A stretch of DNA of 13,899 nt from Saprospira sp. (lineage in GTDB: Bacteria; Bacteroidota; Bacteroidia; Chitinophagales; Saprospiraceae), in assembly GCA_044379045.1 (NCBI GenBank), contig JBIPOO010000093.1:1-13899 (forward strand). Reading direction: 5' to 3'. Of this stretch, positions 7,288-13,899 are shown piece by piece. The notes under the pieces were generated by a model. The model saw only the letters and a program-made list of their open reading frames with translations. It searched no databases and was not told the DNA's origin. Numbering within the stretch: the stretch's first letter is position 1; every line of letters starts with the position of its first letter. Made by a program: the position numbers and the translations under genes.

Positions 7288-9735
7288 TTATTTCTTTTCT
7301 TTTTTCCACTTTTCGTAATTGTCCAATCCGCACTGTAGAAAATCTCTGTAGGTTTTTACATCGGGGGTATTTCCGCGTGGGGCATTCAAAACTGTTTCGT
7401 CTGGCGCCATTAGTACATAAAGCGGTTGCGACTGTTGCGCAAAGTTGACCCTTTCGAAAGCAGCCCACTTGTTCCCTACATTTCTGATTTTGGTGCCATC
7501 CGGAGCAATTTCAACTTTTTCGAGTTTGGTACGGTCATCGACATACAAAGATATGAGTACAAAATCATTGTTCAGGTATTTATTGATCTCCTCTTTAACC
7601 CAGACATTGTCTTCCATCTTGCGGCAGTTTTCACAGCCATGTCCTGTAAAGTCAATCATGACTGGTTTGCCAACTGAACGTGCATAGGCCATACCTTTTT
7701 CATAGTCTTTGAAACACTGTTGAATACCGGCAGGACATTCGCATGGACAAAAATAAGAATAACAGGCTGGCGGTGCAATTCCGCTCATCAATGCAGGAGT
7801 GGCATAGGAATTTGTTTTGGCATTGGTCATAAAACCTGTGGCCAGATAAACAGACAAGGCAATGGACAAAATTCCCAATGTTCTGCGCGGAATACCAATT
7901 TTTGCTCCTTTGTCATCGTGCGGAAAGCGGATAAAACCCATTAGGTAAAGGCCCATTCCCAATGCGCACAGTACTGTTACAGCCAGGTAAGTTTCATATT
8001 TCAAAATTCCCCAATGCATGGTCAAATCTGCTTTCGATAAAAACTTAAACGCCAGTGCCAATTCTACAAAGCCCAATACCACTTTTACGGTATTCATCCA
8101 ACCGCCCGATTTTGGCAATGAATTGAGCCAGCCCGGGAAGGCCGAAAATAAACCAAAGGGCAACGCCAATGCTGTAGCAAATCCTAGCATACCAATGGCA
8201 GGAGCCAATCGTCCTCCTTCAGCTGCCTGTACCAGTAGGGTTCCGATAATTGGACCCGTACAGGAAAAAGAAACCAATGAGAGCGTAAATGCCATGAAAA
8301 ATATACCGATGATGCCACCACGATCGGCTGCACGGTCGGTATTATTCGACCAGGAAGATGGCAGTTTGATATCATAATATCCAAAGAAGGAAATTGCAAA
8401 GGCTACAAAGAGCACAAAGAACAGGGTATTGGGAATCCAGTGCGTTGATAACCAGTTGAGGGCATTGTCACCAAAAATGATGGTGATGGACATGCCCAAA
8501 AGTACATAAATTAGGATTATGGACAGAGAATAAATGGCAGCATTTTTCAATCCTTCGGCCCTCCCTTTACTTCGATGAGTAAAATAAGAAACCGTTAGCG
8601 GAACCATTGGAAAAACACAGGGTGTCATCAACGCAAATAGTCCGCCTAAAAATCCGAAAACAAAAATCATCCAAAGGCTCAGGTTGTTTTGCGGAACATC
8701 GGTGGCACAGTCGCCACTTTTCATGGCAATGGCAAGACTTTCCTTTATTTTTTTGCGTTCAATACCTTCCGCAACTTTTAAGTCGCTGTCTGTTTTTGTT
8801 TTTTCGAAAAAGCTAAATTCAATATTAGCAGGAGGCAGACATTTTTCTTTGTCGCATGCCATGAAATTTACAAAGCCTTTTACTGCCTGAGTAGTATCTT
8901 TGACTTTTATGATCTGCGTAAGTGTGTAATCCTTTTTGAATTTGATTACATTCATTTTGAAGGTCTTATCAATGCCTTCTGAACGGTTTGCGGCAGATGA
9001 ACTGCTCTCGACTACATCGCCTATAAATTCAACATTAGCATTTTTCTCAAGGTTCAAGGCAGTAGGAACAGGTCCTTTACCTTTTATATCTTTGCCATAA
9101 ATATGCCAGCCCTCATCGATTGTTGCGCTAAAAATAAGCTTATATTCATTTGTGCCTGTTTTTTCGGCACGATATTCCCATTTTACCGGCTCAGGCTTAT
9201 CGGTACCCTCTATTTTGTTTTCTTCGTCCTTTGGTTCATTTTTTTTTTCGTCTGACCCTTTTGCGGTTTTGCTTATTTTGGACAGATCGAATTTAAAATC
9301 AACATCAGTTGGCGGGAGGCACATCGTATTGTCGCAGGTCATATAGGTGACATAGCCTTTGACTGGAACTTTTAAATCTGTGCATTTTACACGCTGTACA
9401 ATCGTTACATCGTGTTTGTACTTGGTCAGCTGCATGTCGAAGGTTTCGTCCAGGCCAGTTTTTTTATACTCAGGTTTTGATGCTGATTCTGTGGCTTTGC
9501 CAACTAATGTAGGTTTCGACTCAAAGTTAATAGAAGTCGCTACAGGGCCATCTTCGCTTGGAAGATACTGTGAATATACATGCCATCCCGTTTTGATAGT
9601 TGCAGTAAACATCAGGTCATATTCATCGCCCTGTACATGTTTCGCCGAAAAAGTCCATTTGACTTCATCTTGTGCCTGTACTTTGCAAATGAAAATACCG
9701 AAGAGTAGTGTTGTTAAAAAGAGAATTTGCTTCAT
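7288..9735 (-). CDS. dsbD: Thiol:disulfide interchange protein, DsbD family (electron-transferring membrane disulfide reductase), with duplicated N-terminal alpha domains.
   Basis: The 815-aa product has the signal peptide MKQILFLTTLLFGIFICKVQAQ. Two tandem ~150-aa DsbD-alpha-like domains follow (KWTFSAKHVQGDEYDLMFTATIKTGWHVYSQ...MTCDNTMCLPP and KWEYRAEKTGTNEYKLIFSATIDEGWHIYGK...MACDKEKCLPP), each with a C-x4-C pair. A polytopic membrane core carries LMTPCVFPMVPL and SFSCTGPIIG, the two conserved Cys of DsbD-beta/CcdA. The C-terminal thioredoxin-like domain has CENC (FTGHGCENCRKM). Confidence 0.85.
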   Translation of the reverse strand: MKQILFLTTLLFGIFICKVQAQDEVKWTFSAKHVQGDEYDLMFTATIKTGWHVYSQYLPSEDGPVATSINFESKPTLVGKATESASKPEYKKTGLDETFDMQLTKYKHDVTIVQRVKCTDLKVPVKGYVTYMTCDNTMCLPPTDVDFKFDLSKISKTAKGSDEKKNEPKDEENKIEGTDKPEPVKWEYRAEKTGTNEYKLIFSATIDEGWHIYGKDIKGKGPVPTALNLEKNANVEFIGDVVESSSSAANRSEGIDKTFKMNVIKFKKDYTLTQIIKVKDTTQAVKGFVNFMACDKEKCLPPANIEFSFFEKTKTDSDLKVAEGIERKKIKESLAIAMKSGDCATDVPQNNLSLWMIFVFGFLGGLFALMTPCVFPMVPLTVSYFTHRSKGRAEGLKNAAIYSLSIILIYVLLGMSITIIFGDNALNWLSTHWIPNTLFFVLFVAFAISFFGYYDIKLPSSWSNNTDRAADRGGIIGIFFMAFTLSLVSFSCTGPIIGTLLVQAAEGGRLAPAIGMLGFATALALPFGLFSAFPGWLNSLPKSGGWMNTVKVVLGFVELALAFKFLSKADLTMHWGILKYETYLAVTVLCALGMGLYLMGFIRFPHDDKGAKIGIPRRTLGILSIALSVYLATGFMTNAKTNSYATPALMSGIAPPACYSYFCPCECPAGIQQCFKDYEKGMAYARSVGKPVMIDFTGHGCENCRKMEDNVWVKEEINKYLNNDFVLISLYVDDRTKLEKVEIAPDGTKIRNVGNKWAAFERVNFAQQSQPLYVLMAPDETVLNAPRGNTPDVKTYRDFLQCGLDNYEKWKKEKK

Positions 9736-9944
9736 AAAAGATATTAATCAGTGTTTGGAAATGATGCGCAACAAAGTTATAAAAGAATTTTAATTTCTTT
9801 GTTCTAATGCAAATCTAAACTGAGTGATTATTTAATTGAGTTAATCAAAGGTTAATGATATGGTAATTTTTTTAAAAAAATAAAATATGTAAATGCCCGG
9901 TAAAAATATCAATTATAATCAAAAAACAGGATTATTAGGTATAA

Positions 9945-9991
9945 TCAAAACCGAAAACAGTTTAGAATATAAGATCTAATGCTGTTTTCGG
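9945..9991 (-). terminator. Candidate intrinsic terminator of the GH25 gene.
   Basis: A perfect 10-bp stem, ccgaaaacag (9951-9960) with ctgttttcgg (9982-9991), around a 21-nt loop. Only a short U-run (ttttgatta) follows on the - strand. It lies 36 nt 3' of the stop at 10027. Confidence 0.4.
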
Positions 9992-10026
9992 CCTCAATTA
10001 TTTAATTCACTATTTTATTCACTAAT

Positions 10027-10752
10027 TCACTTTTTCATACAGAGATTGTTAAAATCTTCTTCACTTCCCTTAAAAAAGTCTAAATCAACTTCCTTGTCAA
10101 TTCCATTGATTTTACCGTGAAATGAGTACTGTCTGAACCTCCATTGATGATCTTCAAGGTATGTTACTCTTTTATTTCGAGTAGAGCAGATCCAGATTTC
10201 ATTATCGAAATTGCCTTTGATATGATCAATATAATAATCGTAGGTTGTGTAGAAAATTGGCTTTACTCCATAATGCTGCTGCATCAGTTTTTCCAGTCTT
10301 TTTAATTTATCTGCAAGTTCTGCCTTACGCTCTGGAAGCTTCATTTCTTTGTTTTGGCAATATTCAAGGTCAATGACCGGAGGCAGATCTAAGAGTTCTT
10401 TTGGTGCGCTGGCAACAAAATTTGCAAATTGTCCATCCGCATCAGATGTCAGTTTAAAGTAATGATAGACTCCAATTTTAATCCCCTGTTTTTTTGCTTC
10501 TTTTGCATTATAACTGAAGCAGCTGTCCTGAAAAGTTGCACCCTCAGTAGATTTAATAAAGGCAAAGCGGACACCATCTTCCTTTACTTTTCCCCAATCA
10601 ATTTTTCCCTGATGATGTGACACATCAATACCTTTTATGCTATGAGGCTCCATCAAAGAAATGAAATTATTTGAAGGTAGCAATGAAATGCTGAAAATAG
10701 TGAGGCTGAGCGAGCTGAAAAGCACAATTGCCAGAATGATTATTTTTTTCAT
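10027..10752 (-). CDS. Glycoside hydrolase family 25 lysozyme (muramidase), secreted.
   Basis: From the internal ATG 10752..10750 the product is MKKIIILAIVLFSSLSLTIFS (signal peptide), followed by the GH25 signature GIDVSHHQGKIDWGKVKEDGVRFAFIKSTEGATFQD. The track ORF's 44-aa N-terminal extension has no signal and sits in the intergenic region. Confidence 0.8.
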   Translation of the reverse strand: MKKIIILAIVLFSSLSLTIFSISLLPSNNFISLMEPHSIKGIDVSHHQGKIDWGKVKEDGVRFAFIKSTEGATFQDSCFSYNAKEAKKQGIKIGVYHYFKLTSDADGQFANFVASAPKELLDLPPVIDLEYCQNKEMKLPERKAELADKLKRLEKLMQQHYGVKPIFYTTYDYYIDHIKGNFDNEIWICSTRNKRVTYLEDHQWRFRQYSFHGKINGIDKEVDLDFFKGSEEDFNNLCMKK

Positions 10753-10831
10753 AAAACTATTTTTTTTCTTGTGTACTAATGTGTTTTTTATTTGATAACG
10801 ATGCCTTTTGTGGCTTATTGTGTTTTTGAAT

Positions 10832-10854
10832 AAAGAAAAAAAGAGGCCTCTTTC
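10832..10854 (-). terminator. Intrinsic terminator between the 220-aa gene and the GH25 gene.
   Basis: A perfect 14-bp palindrome aaagaggcctcttt (10840-10853). An A-run on the + strand (10834-10842) gives a U7 run after the hairpin on the - strand. It lies 5-27 nt after the stop at 10859. Confidence 0.6.
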
Positions 10855-10858
10855 AGGG

Positions 10859-11521
10859 TTATCTCGCAAAAACAGTGATGTCATTCATCTTCCTATCGCT
10901 GGAATCTCCGCTACAGCTCGATTTAATATCGTAAAACTTAAAAACATCGCCGGGTTGGGCAGTACTTAACAGTTTTATTACATACTCGTCGAAATACTCA
11001 CCATTGTTTGTGTAAGGCCTACTGGGATCTGAAGATCCATTGGTTTTGATTACTGTAAATTTTTGAACCCTGCAGGGCGGCTTGTTGAAATTCGCGTTCG
11101 AAACAATGGTAATGAGTCTTCTTTCTGCAGCTAAAGAACCAGTTGTTACTTTTCCCTCTGATTTTCTGCTAAAGCCCAGTACTGTAAGCGCGTCGGCTAC
11201 TCTTTTTACAGGAAAATTATAGCTCTTAATGATTGCACCTGTTTTGTTGTTTTTCAATTGAATAGTGCATTCCTTATTGCTTGCATTTAGCTTTGTAAGC
11301 CTTACAATAAAACAATCCTTATCTTTCTTTATACTGCCTTCAGCGCCGATTATGGTGCCTTCTATGTCGGCCATATCCATTGTTGTAAAGTCATTTTTAA
11401 GGATATTATCGACTGCCAGTAATAAGAAATTAAATTCCGCATTTGGAATATGCCCCAGACTTTGCGCGAATAATGACATTGAAAAAAAAAATGCCATAAT
11501 TATACCTGTTATTTTTTTCAT
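10859..11521 (-). CDS. Hypothetical secreted protein, 220 aa, with a signal peptide and four Cys.
   Basis: MKKITGIIMAFFFSMSLFAQ is a signal peptide. The Cys sit at CFIV, ECTI, PPCRV and SSCSG, spaced as two possible disulfides. I recognise no family. Confidence 0.55.
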   Translation of the reverse strand: MKKITGIIMAFFFSMSLFAQSLGHIPNAEFNFLLLAVDNILKNDFTTMDMADIEGTIIGAEGSIKKDKDCFIVRLTKLNASNKECTIQLKNNKTGAIIKSYNFPVKRVADALTVLGFSRKSEGKVTTGSLAAERRLITIVSNANFNKPPCRVQKFTVIKTNGSSDPSRPYTNNGEYFDEYVIKLLSTAQPGDVFKFYDIKSSCSGDSSDRKMNDITVFAR

Positions 11522-11883
11522 AATGATTTAGTTTTAATGTGTTAGAAAAGGAAAAGAACAAAAGAATATGTCAGCAGTGAAAGATGAGATGTAGAGAAAA
11601 GAAATCGCAGCGCTTTTCTCCTTTTCGCTGAGATTGAAAACATAAAGTGTTACCAACAGCGTGTTTTTTTGTATTTATTTTTTCAGTATATTTTTTTTGA
11701 ACTGCTATGCTAGTTGAATTGTAAACGGCGATTTTTTGGGCTTATTATATTTTTTATTTTTGAAAGTTAAAAAAAGTGAAAGACGCTTTGTTTTAGCGAA
11801 TCAGAGCGCTTTAAAAAATGAGATTGAGAAATGATTTTAATCATCGATTGAGCCAAGTCATTATTAGACCAAACTAAGTCATT

Positions 11884-11891
11884 TAAATTTG
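11884..11891 (+). promoter_or_regulatory. Candidate -7 box (TAAATTTG) for the usp gene.
   Basis: It matches TAnnTTTG 37 nt upstream of ATG 11928. No good -33 TTTG is present (ATTG at 11847-11850 is too far). Confidence 0.3.
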
Positions 11892-11927
11892 TAAAAATTC
11901 ATTTATCATTATTACAAATTATACTTT

Positions 11928-12770
11928 ATGAAAAAGATCCTGGTTCCAGTTGATTTTTCGGGAGCATCCGATTTTGGTTTCAATTATGCATACCGTTTAG
12001 CACAGCAGTTTGCTGCCGAATTGCATGTTGCACATATTTACAGGCCTCCTTATGTTGAATCCACTATGCCCCCGGCAATGATTCAACAGATTATCAATGA
12101 CAAAGAGCGTGACTTGCTAAAGCATTTAAAGTCAAATGTTCATGCTCCCTTAAATCTTTCAGCGGAGCAGCAGCTAAACAAAGTGACAATGCACTATCTG
12201 CTCGAATCTGGTGCAAATACCGACATCGCCGAGATAGGTAACAGAATCAATGCTGATATTATTGTGATGGGTACTCATGGGGCGGGTAATGCTGTCGAAA
12301 AAGTTTGGGGTACAAATACTGCAAAGGTAATCCGTGATGCAAAATGTCCGGTATTGGCTGTGCCGATCGGTTCGGAATTCAGGTATGTAAGTGATATTGC
12401 TTATGCGACCGATTATGATAATAATGACCTGGACAATATTATGCAATTGGTTTTGTTTGCTAAGGCAATCAATGCCAAGGTGCACTGCATCCACATCAAT
12501 AACATTCTGGATAGTCCCGATGAAATGAAAGAAGCAGGTTTTAAAGCAAAATTCGAAGAGAGATTTAAAGATTTGCAGGTTAGTTTTTCGGTGCATAGCA
12601 GCACATCTGTACAGGAAGGGCTTGACACATTCATGCGTGTAAATCATATGCATATCTTGTCTATGCTTACCCATAAAAGAACGGTTTGGGACCGCATGTT
12701 CGGAGAAAAGAGCATGACAAGAGAAATGGCAATGCGCAGCAAGTCGCCCATTTTGGCTTTTCATAGTTGA
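11928..12770 (+). CDS. Universal stress protein, tandem UspA domains.
   Basis: The 280-aa product has an N-terminal domain MKKILVPVDFSGASDFGFNYAYRLA ... ADIIVMGTHGAGNAVEKVWGTNTAKVIRDAKCPVLAVP, the classic ATP-binding Usp motif G-x2-G-x9-G(S/T)N, then a second degenerate Usp-like half. Confidence 0.85.
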   Translation: MKKILVPVDFSGASDFGFNYAYRLAQQFAAELHVAHIYRPPYVESTMPPAMIQQIINDKERDLLKHLKSNVHAPLNLSAEQQLNKVTMHYLLESGANTDIAEIGNRINADIIVMGTHGAGNAVEKVWGTNTAKVIRDAKCPVLAVPIGSEFRYVSDIAYATDYDNNDLDNIMQLVLFAKAINAKVHCIHINNILDSPDEMKEAGFKAKFEERFKDLQVSFSVHSSTSVQEGLDTFMRVNHMHILSMLTHKRTVWDRMFGEKSMTREMAMRSKSPILAFHS

Positions 12771-12906
12771 TTTTTAGCTGTACTTTTTGAAATGCTTAAA
12801 AGTAAAATTCTTACTTTTGTAACGTTATTTATCTCTTATTTTTCACCCTTTGTTACGATGTTGGCAAAGGCTCAAAGACACATTAGATCAATATCACGCA
12901 TAGAAA

Positions 12907-12952
12907 ATCTCGTTTGTAGAACAAGACCACATTTTCATCTCGTTTGATGAAC
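12907..12952 (+). promoter_or_regulatory. Direct repeat pair upstream of the methyltransferase gene.
   Basis: atctcgtttgtagaac (12907-12922) and atctcgtttgatgaac (12937-12952) match at 14 of 16 positions with 30-bp periodicity, 45 nt upstream of the start at 12998. A second pair, TTTGTAACG (12816-12824) and TTTGTTACG (12848-12856), has 32-bp spacing. TACTTTTG at 12812-12819 is a canonical -7 box. Confidence 0.3.
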
Positions 12953-12997
12953 GATACAAATCAACTAATTTTCAAATAGAAAAATCTTTCATCTGCT

Positions 12998-13576
12998 TTG
13001 AATCTCGACAAAAACTATTGGGAAAGCCGCTGGGCCGAAGGTCAAACTGGCTGGGATACAAGGTCGGCAACTGAACCTATTAAGCATTATTTTGATCAGA
13101 TTGCTGATAAGCAAGCAAAAATTCTGATACCTGGTTGCGGAAATGCGCATGAGGCCATCTATCTATTTGAGTCGGGTTTCAAAAATGTTTACATTTGCGA
13201 CTGGGCGGAGCAACCATTACTGCCATTTTCGGAAAGAATTCCAGATTTCCCAAAAGCACAATTGCTTTGTGCTGATTTCTTTGATTTGGAAACAGGTGCT
13301 TTTGATTTTATTGTTGAGCAGACTTTTTTCTGTGCGCTTGCCCCGGAATTGCGCAACGCATATGCACATAAAGTGAGGTCAATGCTCAGAAAAGGTGGAA
13401 AACTAGTAGGTTTACTCTTTAATTTTCCGCTTACGGAAGCCGGGCCTCCATTTGGTGGCAGCACGGAGGAGTATTTACATTATTTCGAACCTTTGTTCGA
13501 ATCTGTCTACATTGAGCCTTGTTACAATTCGATAAAGCCAAGGCTGGGTTCAGAATTATTTATCCTTATTTCTTAA
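12998..13576 (+). CDS. Thiopurine S-methyltransferase (TPMT)-family SAM-dependent methyltransferase.
   Basis: The 192-aa product starts NLDKNYWESRWAEGQTGWD, the TPMT signature W-x-x-R-W...Q-x-G-W. The SAM-binding motif I is KILIPGCGNAHEAIYLFESGFKNVYICDWAE (compare VLVPLCGKS...GxxVxGxE). The start is TTG at 12998, as there is no in-frame ATG before the conserved N-terminus. Confidence 0.75.
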   Translation: MNLDKNYWESRWAEGQTGWDTRSATEPIKHYFDQIADKQAKILIPGCGNAHEAIYLFESGFKNVYICDWAEQPLLPFSERIPDFPKAQLLCADFFDLETGAFDFIVEQTFFCALAPELRNAYAHKVRSMLRKGGKLVGLLFNFPLTEAGPPFGGSTEEYLHYFEPLFESVYIEPCYNSIKPRLGSELFILIS

Positions 13577-13661
13577 AAAACTGAAACCCCTTGAATAGCC
13601 GCGCTGACCAGCGACTATGCAAGGGGCGTCAATGTTGACCTTTGACCGACTTATCGTTTTT

Positions 13662-13752
13662 GAGACCGGGATGCTGCCTGTTTTGAGAGATCGGCAACTG
13701 AGACCTTTTGTCGGGGAAGAACTTTTTCTTAGAGACCTAAAATTATGAGACC
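13662..13752 (+). repeat. Cluster of four GAGACC hexamers plus two TTGACC.
   Basis: GAGACC occurs at 13662, 13700, 13732 and 13747, each preceded by T/A-rich context (tttttGAGACC, aactGAGACC, cttaGAGACC, ttatGAGACC). Tandem TTGACC-T-TTGACC is at 13635-13647 and a near-copy GAGAGA at 13685. All are in the 200-nt 3' region of the TPMT gene, before the T-run terminator. Confidence 0.4.
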
Positions 13753-13790
13753 GGCTGATTTAGGCGGCAGCCTTTTTTCTGTTTTTCTTT
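13753..13790 (+). terminator. Intrinsic terminator.
   Basis: ggctg atttaggcgg cagcc followed by ttttttctgtttttctttt. Confidence 0.5.
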
Positions 13791-13899
13791 TGTTCGTTAT
13801 TGCTTTCATAGATAGTGTAATTTTCATATTTGGCTTTGTTATGTTCAGCCCAAATATCTTTACCGATATTACAGACAAGGACTAGTTGTCGATAAACGG

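Noticed and set aside
6038-7468. Full 476-aa version of the secreted hypothetical protein.
   Set aside because: The first 80 codons overlap the 3' end of the DsbD-like gene and its terminator. A clean signal peptide begins at Met81 (ATG 7228), so I use the shorter gene 6038..7228.
7426-9793. Multiple short + strand ORFs (7426..7687, 7720..7944, 8018..8377, 8607..8890, 9152..9346, 9359..9793).
   Set aside because: All are antisense to the 815-aa DsbD-family gene, whose domain structure is well supported throughout.
10027-10884. Full 285-aa version of the GH25 ORF.
   Set aside because: The N-terminal 44 aa (MTSLFLRDNPERGLFFSLFKNTISHKRHRYQIKNTLVHKKKNSF) precede a canonical signal peptide and extend into the terminator at 10832-10854. 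I take the start as ATG 10752.
12174-12764. 196-aa ORF on the minus strand, plus the 73-aa ORF at 12413..12634.
   Set aside because: It is fully antisense to the well-supported tandem-Usp gene. The Cys/His-rich translation has no recognisable features.
13143-13464. 77-aa + strand and 91-aa - strand ORFs.
   Set aside because: Both are embedded in or antisense to the TPMT-family methyltransferase gene, which has clear family motifs.
13662-13752. GAGACC repeats as a possible CRISPR array or miniature mobile element.
   Set aside because: The repeats are only 6 bp with irregular 15-38 bp spacing. There are no flanking inverted repeats or target-site duplication, and no cas genes.
13760-13860. 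33-codon minus-strand ORF (MKITLSMKAITNKRKTEKRLPPKSAGLIILGL) at the window end.
   Set aside because: It is very short and overlaps the + strand terminator hairpin and T-run. It has no supporting features.
1-13899. Search for tRNA, rRNA, IS/transposase, integrase or CRISPR features.
   Set aside because: I found no cloverleaf-compatible segments with GTTC-R-A T-loop context, no rRNA-like conserved blocks, no transposase or integrase-like ORFs, and no long terminal inverted repeats.

Overview
This is a chromosomal segment that looks Bacteroidetes-like: TAnnTTTG -7 promoter boxes, signal peptides ending in AQ, and a small-type SRP RNA. I support nine protein genes and one RNA gene from the sequence.

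Genes, in order along the window:
- 1..212 (-): the 5' end of a Uma2-family (DUF820, PD-(D/E)xK) endonuclease gene, running off the window edge.
- 382..2865 (-): an 827-aa homolog of the eukaryotic major vault protein (MVP), with its own intrinsic terminator.
- 3138..3920 (+): a hypothetical outer-membrane beta-barrel protein, divergent from MVP.
- 3984..4078 (+): an SRP (4.5S/ffs) RNA gene, missed by the ORF track, with its own promoter and terminator.
- 4273..5490 (+): glutaryl-CoA dehydrogenase.
- about 5668..5855 (+): a candidate multi-hairpin small RNA ending in an intrinsic terminator, inside a 550-bp gap with no supported CDS.
- 6038..11521 (-): a run of four secreted or envelope genes. 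They are a 397-aa secreted hypothetical, a DsbD-family disulfide reductase with tandem N-terminal alpha domains, a GH25 muramidase, and a 220-aa Cys-containing secreted hypothetical. Intrinsic terminators separate most of them.
- 11928..12770 (+): a tandem-domain universal stress protein.
- 12998..13576 (+): a TPMT-family SAM methyltransferase, preceded by 30-bp-spaced direct repeats and followed by a cluster of GAGACC motifs.

The MVP homolog is the standout. No bacterial vault particle has been characterised, and no other vault component (TROVE/TEP1, PARP, vault RNA) is visible here. I found no CRISPR array, IS element, tRNA or rRNA.
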